Below, one piece after another: positions 37,046 through 48,873 of a stretch of 64,000 bases of DNA; position 1 is the first letter of the stretch; each line of letters opens with the position of its first letter. Below the pieces are notes generated by a model. The model did no database searches. It was not told the DNA's origin and was given only the letters and a program-made list of their open reading frames with translations. Made by a program: the position numbers and the translations under genes. The stretch covers positions 1,825,348 through 1,889,347 of the forward strand of contig CAJINV010000003.1 of NCBI GenBank assembly GCA_905178155.1, given 5' to 3'. This stretch comes from Amoebophrya sp. A120. Lineage: Eukaryota > Protista > Dinoflagellata.

Positions 37046-38644
37046 TCATCTTAGTTCTAGTTCTCAAAACGCACTCGTCTCGTTCTTGATGAGGCTGTTC
37101 GTTTTCCTTTTCTTTCTCTTTTGTATTCATGGCTTCCACGACCTCTGTTACACTTTCGATGTGTAACAAATACGCTTGTGTTCTATTGTACAGATCCTAA
37201 TACTTAAACCAATAGTCCTAGCCCAGCTATAGTTCTTTGTGTGTTCATTGTGAACAAAAAGTGCCTCAAATACAAATTTAACATCTATCAGGGCTTTCAA
37301 TCGGTATCGCTGGTCCGGAAAAATAATCGCGACAGACTCGACGACAAAACACTGGCTTTCGAAACAATGCATGAATTTGAATGTCGCCGTCGCGGCACTT
37401 CTGTCAGCAAACGAAACTCTTCCGAAATAAAGAAAAAAGGTGGGTAATGGCAGGTTTGATGGAGTTGCGATCTCAATCTCATGGTAGCGAAAGTGAACGA
37501 CGCAATGCTGCGGAAAATATCTCGAAAAAGACAATTCGAAATCGACCTCGCTGGCACTAATCAGATGAAAGGCACGCAAAATTATCATCTATGGCGCATT
37601 CGGTCAAAGATCACTCGCGAAAATCAATCTCAACACCTGCAGGAGGTCGTGCAACAAATATTGCGAATGTACTTCTTCTTCATTTTCGTGTTCGCCTGCT
37701 ATAAAACAGAAAGCTCAAGCTATTCTTTGGCTGCAGCGTCTGCATCAACGTAATGGTAATTTTAGTAAATTACCAATGACAATCTGCAGAGAAAGAAGAA
37801 TCGCAGCTCAAGCTCTTGCTGAATAAAGGGTCAAAATACAAGAGATGCGCTGGCAATCGGGAAGAAGAACACGAGTGAAGCGACTAAACATGAACACGAA
37901 TCGCCGACTACATGCAAGTACGTGCTAGCCACGAAAAAAGGTGCATTTTTTGTCTTTGCCTTTCATCTTCCTTGCGCCATTCTCAAGATGCAACCGCAGT
38001 CCTCACTTCGTGCAAAAGGTTTCTTCCGATTGAGCGAATTAAAGGTCGAAGATCAAATCGGCCGGTCTGCCAGTGGCATAGCCATGGGCAACACCGTTAT
38101 ACAGAAAAAGGTGAACAAATAGAAGGTGTCAGGGTTATTAATTTGGAAGGGAGGGGCGTACAGAAGATTCGAAGCACCAGCGATTAGCAAGCTCTCAGTG
38201 TCTTAATTACTCAGTTCGAGTAAATGGCGGCAAATACAGGCTGGCACTGTCCTTAGCACGGGCTAATGTAAGAGGTGTACATGGTCAGCCGCTGTGCCCG
38301 CGCACGCGCCACAGGTGGTCAAGCATCATCCGCAACCAGCTATGGAGAAAAGTTCAGTATCGAATTCAATCTTCGTTTGGAACATTTGTATTTTCTGTCC
38401 TTACAGTTGCATCGATTTCAGTTAATTTCAATTTGACATATTGACACAAGAAGACATAGCAAGAAGTTCTGCGAGAGCTACCAAAAAGGAGAACTTCTTG
38501 CATCTCGTGCGTTAAAGTTTAGACAATTGACATAGTCTCCTGGTTGAAGTTTAGTTTAGTTTACCGCTACTATTGAAGTCTTCACAAAAACTGTGATTTG
38601 GGGCAGATAGTTGTTATCATACTATTGTAAATGTGGTGGGGTTA

Positions 38645-38864
38645 CTAGTCCTCTTCCATTTCCTCTTCCTCATCCGAGCCGTCCTCGTCGACGCACAGCT
38701 TCTCCATGATATTGTTGTGGTTCTGCGACACATCTTCGACGTTCTTCGTGAATTGCAACAGGCTTCCGGAAATCAGATTCGCACTTTCGAGCACCGAGAT
38801 AATGCCCTCTCGCCAGCAATTTTGCACGTCAGACAGAAGGTCGCTCAGCTGCGTCGCCAGGAAC
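38645..38864 (-). CDS. Probable terminal exon of a small helical protein with acidic tail
   Basis: A TTTTCAG acceptor near 38865 is followed by an open frame FLATQLSDLLSDVQNCW...DEEEEMEED*. Upstream exons were not resolved. Confidence 0.4.
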
Positions 38865-39062
38865 CTGAAAACAATTCGTATTTTCTATTTCGCCGATGAT
38901 GTTCTTCGCAGGAGCTTTCTCTACGAACCTACGTTTTTAGATGACAAAAACATGACCACCGGGATAGATAGATAGATTACCCAGCAAGGGTAGTAGTAGT
39001 AGTAGTACCCTCGTGATTCGGTGCACTTCTGATGGCACACGTGGAAACACGATTGGCACCAG

Positions 39063-40223
39063 CGCACTTCTGATGGTGCGTGCAGGCACGGCGTCACAGA
39101 GACCCAGTGGTCAATGACTTACGTTTAGTGTTTTTATGCTCCCCGACGGTGGAAGCAGCCACCAGGAGCCCAGGCCAGACGGAAGGTACTGAAACCCGGT
39201 AACGAACCCTCTCTCACTCCGGGGAGGTGCGAGCCACCTCGTGACAGCCACAAGCGGCGCCACCTAGTAATTGGGACTATTTATTAGACGGACTACCGCC
39301 GAGAGGCAAGAAAACTCGTTTAGAAGCCAAGCACGAAATGTTTTCTACCGCCTGGATTAGAAGACCAGACCCTAGGGGACTTAATGAAAGGCGTGCTGCG
39401 TTTGGCTTCCGGAGACGAATCTTCGAGCCTGTTGATCGCATAAGCTAAATTGCTAGAACTAATTTTTTTCCTTCCGGGTAGAGCAATCACTTCGCGAAAA
39501 CCACCGCAGGGCCGCGCCAAAAACTCCGCAGTGGTGCTGATGAACAAGTGCGACACGTCCACGGCAATGTCGCGTCCGCCACCCCCCTGACAAACCCGCT
39601 GGCTAGGCGGAAAAAACAAAGCCCCTGCGAGTTCGCGGGGTCCGCAGACTAGCGCTACAAAGGTCACAGCAGTAAGACAACAGGAACAGACTTACAGAAC
39701 CAAAGAAGAAAAGTAAAAGGGTAGAGACCTAAACCTACGGGGGCGCATGCAAGAGAGGGCAAAGGGAAGAGCAGTAGGAAGCCATCAGACTTAGACGAAA
39801 CAAGCAAGATAAAAGGGTAGAGCCTCAATCCTACAGGGGCGTATGCAAGAGGGGGCAGAGGGAAGATCAGATTTCGGCAACGGAATGAGAGGAGCGTACG
39901 AATTTGCGATCGAGCTCCTGGAAAGCAAATCACACGAACAGCGGCGCAAACGTACGAACCGACGCTCTGGTAGATATGATAGCACGAGCACAGAAAGCAT
40001 CAACGAGAACAGCAAATACGGATACAAAAGGACGACCATCAGCCAAAGCCAAGCCGTGAGCATATAAAAGCAAGCATACAAAGCAGCGAGCGAGTAACCA
40101 GAGGTCAAATCGCTGTGCAGGACATACAAAAGGATGCGCGGTTTCGTTTGTTTTGCAGACAACAAGTTAGTTAGTTAGTTAGGGGGGCCGCCCCGCTCCT
40201 CGCAGTTCGCACTTCTGATGGTG
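39063..40223 (+). mobile_element. ~1.13-kb insertion-like segment bounded by perfect 16-bp direct repeats, with (TTAG)4 near the right end
   Basis: cgcacttctgatggtg is at 39063-39078 and 40208-40223, with a third 13-bp copy at 39023-39035. There is an internal ~96-bp-period duplication at 39687-39866. Confidence 0.5.
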
Positions 40224-40445
40224 AAAAAAGCAAAGAACGGCCAATACTGCGCCGTTGATGTGAAACTGCACAAATTAATAAAAGAAAAATAACAGCAGGA
40301 TTTTTTGGGCTGACGATGTTGACGCGATTTCTACATTTTATTTTTTCGGTAGCTACGTGCGGTTTGTAATTTTGATACTAGGAACAGTAATAATGACACG
40401 AAATTGAATCATCTACAACAACATATTTTGGTCTACTAGTTGGGC

Positions 40446-40515
40446 TAAAAGGAGCAAAGCTGCAGTATAGAGACAGTTTGTTAAAAGGAGCAAAGCTGCA
40501 GTATAGAGACAGTTT
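40446..40515. repeat. Perfect tandem duplication, 36-bp period
   Basis: taaaaggagcaaagctgcagtatagagacagttt occurs at 40446 and 40482. Confidence 0.9.
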
Positions 40516-40818
40516 CACTCTTGATTATTTTTTTTTTCTATAGTTTTCTTTCTGCTTGCCGCTCTGCGTTGTTGAGGCATCTTCCGTGAAGCTGTGAATT
40601 TGCATAGGAGAAAACTCAGCAGCAGGTGGGAGTGCTTTCAGTGCGTCTTTGTGGTTTTACGTGATGGCTTTTTGTTGTCTAGGGAGCTGTGGTTTAGACC
40701 GTCCAAAGTGCAAGGCGCCAGAAGTGTTAAGAGATTGTAAGAGGGATCCTTACTTCGTGCTTCAGTGGACTTTCCGTATTAAACTTTCCGAGGTATTTTC
40801 TTTTGTTCTATGTTTTTG

Positions 40819-42110
40819 CCTCTTGTTCCGCGGGTGGAATACTCAACTGTCTGTGAAAAAACGATCGACATCACAGACCTGGGGCGGTCGGGACAGCAAG
40901 TAAGATCTTTCGAAGTAGCCTGTTGCGGGCACCAACGTCCGGCTTTTTCTTTTTGTCTTTTGTTTTTTTCTTCACTGCATTGCAAGTTTAGTTGCAAACG
41001 CGGTTTCTCAGCCTATGGCATTAGGATAGAAAGACTTTAGTCCAAAATCTCCCAAAACCTGCGAAACACGCGTTACAAACCCGCGAATGGGAGAAAAAGA
41101 AAACAATAAAAATACTCAGCGGCTTTGTCATGCGTATGAGCTCTCTGCACAGGAGTGCCCACAGCATTGAACTGAGCGCACAGAGCACAATGCTGCATGT
41201 GTCTGCGCTTCTTCCTTTAAAAAGCAGTTAGCATCAACCATAGAACTAAAGGCTTCTAAGTCGCAAGCTTTTCAAAAGATGTCGCGAAAGAGAAACAAAG
41301 TCAACTCCTAGCGCGGACCGTTTACGCCTAGAGTCCATCGATTCTGTTCTGCAAAGTTGTGTGAAAAGGTGGAAAAACAAGAGAAAAACAACAAAAACCA
41401 TCATGATCGTGAAGAGAGATCAACAGTTTTGAGGTGTAAACTGGAACAAATAAGAGAGAGAGAGAGACCACCGAAATAGTAAACTAGTCCGGACTAGAGT
41501 ACCGCACACCACACAGCTGAACAGAGACCTTGCTTCCGCTCCCCCGCTTGAGTGATGTCGATGGCCACCTCGCAACGCCCTTCTGTGGTTCGTCTGCTCT
41601 ACCCTCGGAATGCGCGGCGGCGTGGCCCTAGGTGTCTGCAAAGCTGATAGAAATCCGCAGAGGGTTTGGTAGTCAGATTCGTCAAGGTCGACCGGAGGGC
41701 GTAGGGATGGTTTACCTGTTGCCTTGTAGCCCGAGTCTGGTTCGAACCGTTCTACGCGCTGATGTCATACACGAGATGTCCGTGAAGAGTAAGGCGGCAA
41801 GTTCAGGGGGAATTGAGATGCCGGGGAACTTAAAAAAAAAAATAAAAGGCAGTCGAAAGCAAACTAGTTCCCCGGCTCGACATGCGGCGACGCTGCCCTT
41901 CCACGCAGCGCCCCGGCGAGCAGTTGACGGCGTACTCACTCACCGGACAGGCCGTCTCCCGTTGTTCAGCGGCGCGGCTAAACTGGAACAAATAAGGAAC
42001 ATCTGCTGCGCCGATTGTGCCCGTTTAGGTGGTGAGCATGCAGAAGCGCATTCTTTTTCGCCCATCGTCAATTATTAAAGATAAACACCTTCCCTCTTGT
42101 TCCGCGGGTG
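40819..42110. mobile_element. ~1.26-kb segment bounded by perfect 18-bp direct repeats
   Basis: cctcttgttccgcgggtg is at 40819-40836 and 42093-42110. Confidence 0.4.
41437..41996 (-). mobile_element. ~520-bp SINE/truncated-LINE-like insertion with 18-bp TSD-like repeats and (TC)n tail
   Basis: taaactggaacaaataag is at 41437-41454 and 41979-41996. An (AG)n run abuts the left copy, which would be the 3' tail on the minus strand. Confidence 0.5.
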
Positions 42111-42149
42111 CGTTGCTCGACTGATTGCGAAAAAATCTAAGTCAGAGCA

Positions 42150-42526
42150 AGTAACACACCAGGGAGGAAATGAAAGTAAAAACGAGTAACACACCGGGGA
42201 GTTAATTTTCTTAACTTGGCAGGCTTTGGTCTAGGAGGCTTTACTTGTGTTCAGGAGACAAGCGAAACCAAAAAAAAAAAAAAACCACCATTGCACCGGG
42301 ACAAGGCGAGAAGTAATTGGGAGCGCACAAGACAGAGGTCTTTAGATGAGAAGGTAGAAACGAGTAACACACCGGGGAGGTAATAATACTGCTACTCTCT
42401 TTACTTGGCTAGGCGAAGATCGAAACAAGGCGTGCTAGACAAAGAACCAGAAAAGTGGTTACTTTCTTAGTGTTTTGCTTCGCTTTTACCTTCCTAAAAA
42501 CCACCTTGGCACCGGGACAAGGCGAG
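42150..42526. repeat. Degenerate ~180-220 bp tandem repeat
   Basis: aaacgagtaacacaccgggga occurs at 42180 and 42358, with a variant at 42150. aaaccacc.t.gcaccgggacaaggcgag occurs near 42282 and 42498. Confidence 0.7.
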
Positions 42527-42663
42527 GCGAGTGCTACTGTAAAGTGTCAGAAAGATATCTCATTTCCGACGCCCAAGGGGCGCGAACCAAAACCCCAGTT
42601 GTCATTCATAGAAGACCTGAAGCACGAAATACAGCACAACAAACTCGTGCTGCTCGTGGTCAT

Positions 42664-45600
42664 TCACATACGTGGGTCGATGTTGATCTGACAAAAAAGC
42701 TCGCAAATAAGAAAGAAACAATACTTGATCTGCGGCACTTCCGTGATGTCGACGTCGAGCGAGGATTTTTCTAGCTTGTCTAGCCTGCTGAAGACGACTT
42801 CCTGCAGCTGGTTGATGGTTTCGTTTTCCGTGTCTTCCCATTCCCCGAGATCGTCCCCGTCGAGCCCCGCAAGTTCGCCGTTGCCAGCCCCGCTCTCCAT
42901 GGCCTTCATGGCCCGGAGATTGTCGTCCTCGTTTGGTATGTACTTGAAGCGCTTGATGACCGCCAACGCGTCCGCACTCCCCAGGAGTATTCTCAGTGCC
43001 TTGTCTTCGTCGAGGAGGCGCTGCAACTGGGGGAGCCCGATGGCGCCGCCCATCGCGTCCGGGTTGTCGACGTACATACCCTTTGTGGATAAGCCCGGCC
43101 TGGTGGTCTTCGGGATCGTCCGGATTCCGTTCAGCGCCTTCTGACTGTCCGGCATCAGCGCAGACATGATTTTCTCCTGCAGATGTGTTGTGGTGACCAA
43201 ACTTTTTCTGAACTCTTTTCGTCTTTCTGCGACAAAACGCGAGGGGTCGTGATGTCAGAAAATGCAGAATTACATCCAATTCTAATCTATCAGCATGATG
43301 TTGGCAGATGCTGGAGATACGCACCAGCTTCTTGTCCTTCAACAATTTTTTCTTTCCGGTGAAGTTGTGCGACAACAAAATCGTGCGTACCTTTATTCTT
43401 CCCATGCCCTTGTTGAAATTTCCGCTGAGACTGGGGTGCTCCGCTTGTGGCGCTTGGTCCTTTGGTACATAGTTTCCGTGCTCGTCAAAGTAGTCTTCCC
43501 CCTCCTCGTTGTCGTCGTCATCAAAGCCCTTCTGCGGGGGCATTTCTTCCCCGTTGACTCGTGCCACCGTTTCCATCATTCTCCTCTTCTTCATGAGCCA
43601 CTTCTTAGCTACTACACCGGGCAGCTCCTCGAGGTCTATGAACCTGTGTGATGTATGCGGTGAGTTGTTACTAGTCAAGGCTTCGGCAAATTCATTGAGC
43701 GCTCAAAACCGCCTGAGACAGCATTCATTTTGTCATGACAGTTGTACGCTTTCTTATCCGGAGAAGGAAAAATTTTGACTGCGATATATAAATATCTTAC
43801 TCAAACTCAGCGTCTTCTTCTTTCTTCTCTTCTTCCCCAACTAGGTCTATTCCTCGCAAGAAGTGGTAGTACACGTAGAGGAAGGTGATCATGAAATTCT
43901 TGGATTCCCCATCCTGGTACCCGACCTTCCTGGGTAACGTGCTCTGCGCTTTTCTTATTACCTGTTCAGAAATGGTAAAATCATGGAGTTGATTTTGATT
44001 TCTTTTTCCGTCTCCTCTGTGTAGGATCAAGATACGCATGGCATGGGTCTGGAAGTCACTCCAAAGCACATGAAAAAGTTACAAAATTAAGACCACAAAC
44101 ACAAAAAAAAATACCACAACCATGGTGTAAGAGTCCAGCACGATTGCCATGAAGACGTTGACGAGGATGAAGTAGGTGAGGAGCAGGTAGAGGAGAAAAA
44201 TGAGCGGTCGTATTATGTCGCTGCCGGGAAGGAACCAGTCATACAGATTCAGCTCGAAGCCGCCGACCAGATAGAAGAACAGGATCAGGAACGTGCCGAA
44301 CATGTCGGTGAACCGCTGGTCGTTGCCGCCAAACCCCACGTAGAAGGACACGGCGAAGGCGAAGAAAATTACCAGTACGACCAGGGAGAAGTTGAACAGG
44401 TTGCCCAGTGACTTTCCCATCACGCGCACGAGAGTCCGGAATCCCGTGAAAATACAGGCGTATTTCAGCGTCTTGAACCACACCGTGAGCGAGAGGAACG
44501 ACAGGCACGTCCTGGCTTTCTGCAAGGGGTCTACCACCGCTCGCGAGAAGGGCATGAAGTATTCCGGGTGGCCTATTCTGCTCGGCGACAGGTTGACCTC
44601 GCTGCTGATGTTGGTGTAGGCGGTGATGCGGAAGGAAAAGTGGATGATCCAGAGCACGACGGACGCTATGTCGACGTAGTTCCAGCCGTAACCGAAGAAC
44701 TTCAAACCGCACTGCCGCATGTGCCACGATATGTTCCACACTTGGTAGATGAGGAGAATGGCAAGCAGCGCCGTGTATATAAACGCATTCAGCGCTTGGT
44801 CACCTGGGAATACAGAAAAAATGGCGTTGATTTGTTTCATCGTTTCATCTGCAGTGGATTGTAGGCATACGCAACGCAATCCAAACGAATGGTAAATTAC
44901 AAATTCGAATGTTAAATGGTTAATGCGCTGGCGCCCCCACGCCGATCATCATCGTCCGACACTGCGCTTCTACCGAGTCTCGACCATGTTGAAAAGCAAA
45001 AGGAAAAGCATGTACCTGCTAGCATGAACTCGAGCTGCCAAACCGGCCATGCGTCCACTTCTTGTCTCAATATGACATTGCCGGTGGGCGCGAACTCAAA
45101 GAGCATGCGATTGTTCACGATTATATTCACGTTGGTGTTCAGAAATGAGAACTCCAGCACCACTGCGCGTGTCCCGGAATCTAGCCAGCCGAAGTTCCAC
45201 AGGTCGTGCACCAGCATGTGCGCTTCTGTCTCGTACAGCGGAAAATCTACTAGAAAACCGCTTGCCGGATACTCTGAAAACTGCCCTGCTATTGCGGTCG
45301 CCCCCGATGGTATGCAACCGAAAACCAATATCATAGCATGTGCATGGGACGTCCATCTCCCAGTAACTAAAAAGCGACACTGTTCGTATTCACCATGCAA
45401 TGTTGTCAAAAAGTAGCGTCCTCTTCTTGTGCGTCTTCACTACGATTCAGTAGCGGCGACGGCGACCACCAAGAAGATGGTGCTGAGCACATGAACATGA
45501 AGATATAATTGGTCCTCCGTTTCATAATACTCTCGTCGGTTTTCCATTGGTAATTCTTCAGAGTGTACGTGGGCGCCTCCGAACTAGAGAAATCGCTTGT

Positions 45601-46854
45601 ACCTTTTTTGCAAGGGTGCTAATGGTTGTACTCATCATTATCTATCATCTAAAGTCACTGCTTGATTTAGATTTTGCGGTGGTGGTGCCCACAGCTACAA
45701 CATCGACCTAAATCTATTGAAGAATTTGCGTGTGCGCGTACACAAGTACGAGTGGGAGACAAAAGATAAAAAAAGAAACTAAATTACTTTGGTGTGCTTC
45801 CTTAAACAGCGCTCTGCAGTCCGAGAAGATGTGACTGAAGAGGGAGCTGACCGTACAGCCCTGATTCTTTTGGACGCGGACTTGCCTCATCCGTATGAGG
45901 CCTAGGAGTAGGTTTGCTGGCCGATGTGGGTCGCCAATGAGCCGTGGGTTCAAACCTATTTTGAACGAGTTGGAGTCGAAGGACGTTATTCGCTCCGCAA
46001 ATCCCTTCTCATACTCCGGCTGGGGCGTGAATGCGAGCGGAACAAACTTCATATCCAACCTGAAATATTTCATTTTTGACAATGAAGTGCATTGATTCTG
46101 TAGCTCCTACTCGTTGCTTGAGCAAGGAAAAAATTTGTGCAAGGTAGCACTCAAGTAGTTCGAGAGCACCAGATGCAAAGGCATATTGAGGACATCGACA
46201 ACTAGGAAAAAGAAAGAGTACCATGTCCAAAAGGTCTTGATGTCAACAACTGTTTCGACGTCGCACTTTTCGTAGATGCCCTCGCGAAACTCTCTCGCGG
46301 TCTCGGGTGTGGTGGAGTTGCAGCCTTGCCAAAACTTCAGCTGCTCCTCCCTTGCTAAAAACGCGTCGGAGGAACGCGTGTTGAGAATGTAAGCAGACAC
46401 GAACCCCAGCAGCAAAAAATGGAAGATGACTTCGCGTGCCATCAGACGAATTTGCCGGAACTCCACCCCGGTAGTGATGTAAATGCGGTCGGTGTCTATA
46501 TCCTCCGGATACCTCCACCACATCGGGTCACCGAGAAACTCCAGCCCCTCACCTGAAATTGGTTGATGTTCTTGGAGAACTTACGATAAGTTCACCCACA
46601 TCCTCCTCGCCTGTTCAGAGAACACCGCAGCAAAATGCAGCTTCCTAATGCCTTGATTAAGTAACGTATCACTGTATAAAAGGCAGCAGCAACCGGTTTT
46701 TCGCATGTGGCAGCTCTATGTAATAAAATCACAGCATCTATGTACCTTCCTCGAAGACATCGTGCAGCTGCGCGAGGGTCGTTTGTTCCTTCTTCCTGAA
46801 CTTCTCATGCTCCTTTAGCTTTCGGATCACAATTTCTCGCGAAAGCATCCCCAT
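42664..46854 (-). CDS. PKD2: Polycystin-2-like (TRPP) cation channel, at least 10 exons
   Basis: Motifs are TFWTWLDMKFVP, NLLLGLIRMRQVRV, YPASGF, WLDSGTRAVVLEF, NTNVN, GWNYVD and the S6 YFILVNVFMAIVLDSY. Introns lie at 46611-46745, 46553-46595, 46060-46221, 45603-45787, ~45310-45530 (non-canonical), 44804-45015, ~43962-44114, 43644-43800 and 43177-43324. The extreme 3' end is ambiguous. Confidence 0.85.
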
Positions 46855-47899
46855 CTTCGCTGCGTGTTTTTGGGCACGTCAAAGAAGACTGCGGACGGCA
46901 GGGAGGTCGTTGATTGTGCTTACTACGGGGAAAAAAGTTGAAGCAGGCCTGCGTTGCCGTCGTTTCACACAATCAGCTGCCCATCGCAATTTCTATGTTA
47001 CTGACGGTGATGCAGCCGTCGACAACGGCTTGGCCTCCGCCATTTTGCTTTGCTTATCACTGGTTTGAAAAATCACCGAAGAGAGAAAGACATCTTGATC
47101 GGTGCTCTTTCCCGTAGCACTGCCTTCCTTGTTGTTGTGCACATTCAATTCCAATCAATGGCAATGATGAATGATAGCACATTATCTTCAACAACACATG
47201 GCTTTGTAAATGCAAGAACGGAGGAGCGGCCTTCTACATACCACCACAGCTCAAGTACGATGCGAGCAGCGCGTACGCACCAGTTCGAATAAGCGAAGGA
47301 CACATAAACAGATTGACAAGGGCACAGCGCATGGACAAATATTGAGACACAAGAATATCCTGTAGTTTCTTCTCTAGCTGATAAGATCGAAGAAAAACTG
47401 CCAGCCCAAATGGAGTCGGAACAACACGAACTCGTCAACTCTCCTCATTCTTTCACTGCTCTCTTGGTTTCGCTCCTACTCACTCTCAGTCTCACTCTAC
47501 ATACTGCACTCGACACTCGCAAGTAGGTATTTCTTCATATTTATTCATCTCATCACTCGGCAGTAGTACTGGCGCGTGGTCGAGTCTATGTCAATGACTA
47601 ATTTTCAATTATATTGCGCTCCGTTTTTCTTTTTCACTCGTCAGGTCACGCGCATGCAGGTTTCGAACTTCTTACTAAACGCTATCACAACCATGACAAT
47701 GCGACAAATCGTGGAGCCTGAAGGAACTTCTTCTCTTGCCTATCCCGACATAATCCTCTTTTTATGGCGATAGGATGTCAACACCTCCAAAACAAGAGCA
47801 GCAGAGGCAGAGCAATCTCCTCGCGACAGAGACAGACCAGTTGTGGAGTGCAGTTGGTGCTGGTGGATGTTTTCGTCAAGAACATCAACTCCCACAGTG

Positions 47900-48873
47900 A
47901 AAGGTAGGACGGCAATGTGCCGGCCAAACAGAAGCACCGACAGCGACAGACCGAGCCTGGTCATCGTGACACTGCGACGCGGAAAGATATCCGCAGCCAG
48001 CCCGCGCCATGGCTGCCGGCCAGCGCGCTGGCCGGGCGCCCCGAAACAACAAGTAAGGGCGTGCGAAGAAAGCAAACACAGATATGCCAGCGGCGGCGCC
48101 AATGGGCACTGGCACTGCCAAAAAACTGGGCGGCGCGCCGCTTGCCAATGCATGTGCAATGAGATAGCCGACCACCGTCAATGCCGCACGACGCCCGGGA
48201 GCCCGGGACCGACGGTGCCGAATCGGGGCCCCGACACTGGGCGGCAGGCCTGCCCGGCAGCCGCTCGCAGGTGGGGCGGGGCTTGCGCGGCCGGCGCGCG
48301 CACTTTGGGCGGCGCCCGGGACACACCCGGGCCACCGTTTGCCCGGCGCTCGCACGCCTGCGCGCTTGCCAGGACCGCGCGAGGAGGACGCCGCCCGAGG
48401 GCGCGCAAAGACAGCGGCACCACACGCAAAAGCTGCGGATCCGACGCCGCGTCGATTACTTCCGGCGCGGGGACCGCGAGGGCGACCACACGCCGCCCCA
48501 CCCGGCCCGGGCCGCGCCGAAAGGCGAGGGGGCACACAGCTGAGCGGCGGCGCTCCACTCTCGCCACACGAGTAGCAAAAGTCCGTCTTACACGTAGCAG
48601 GCGCGCCGGGCGCCGCAGCGGGAATTTCCGGCCTCTCTCCCAGCTGTCCCTCTGCTCAGCCGTGGGCAGCAAGGCTGGCGCGCGATCTGTCTGCTGCAAG
48701 GCCACAGGCCGGCGGCCATAAACCTTCGCGACGCTGCCTACACTCGGGCAGGCCCGCTCGTCGGAGCATCGCGCCGCTTTTTTCCTCCGCCAAACGCGCT
48801 CCCGTTGCCATTTCCAATCGGAGAACCCGCTGCGGTCTTCATCTTGAAACGAACGAGCGCGGACAAAATCCAA
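47900..48873 (-). pseudogene. GC-shifted degenerate paralogue of the DUF4116-like region at 23345-23851
   Basis: 48397-48486 aligns with 23594-23689 (VALAVPAPEVIDA--ASDPQLLRVVPLSLRAL vs VALAVLEPEVIDTAVASDPQLLRVVPLSLRTL). The rest translates to Ala/Arg/Pro/Gly-saturated sequence. Confidence 0.7.

Noticed and set aside
39023-39078. Two repeats separated by a ~27-bp spacer, resembling a mini CRISPR array or hammerhead/box C-D motif
   Set aside because: There are only two adjacent short copies, no cas genes and a eukaryotic context. The motif is CTGATGG, not CTGATGA, and I found no matching ribozyme or snoRNA stems.
39140-39320. Possible structured RNA (SRP, HDV-like ribozyme or group I intron fragments such as GACTA and gccacctcgt)
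   Set aside because: The required pairings and partner motifs could not be completed by eye. An Infernal search would be needed.
40167-40187. (TTAG)4GG as an interstitial telomere
   Set aside because: The unit is TTAG, not TTAGGG or TTTAGGG, so it was treated as a microsatellite tail.
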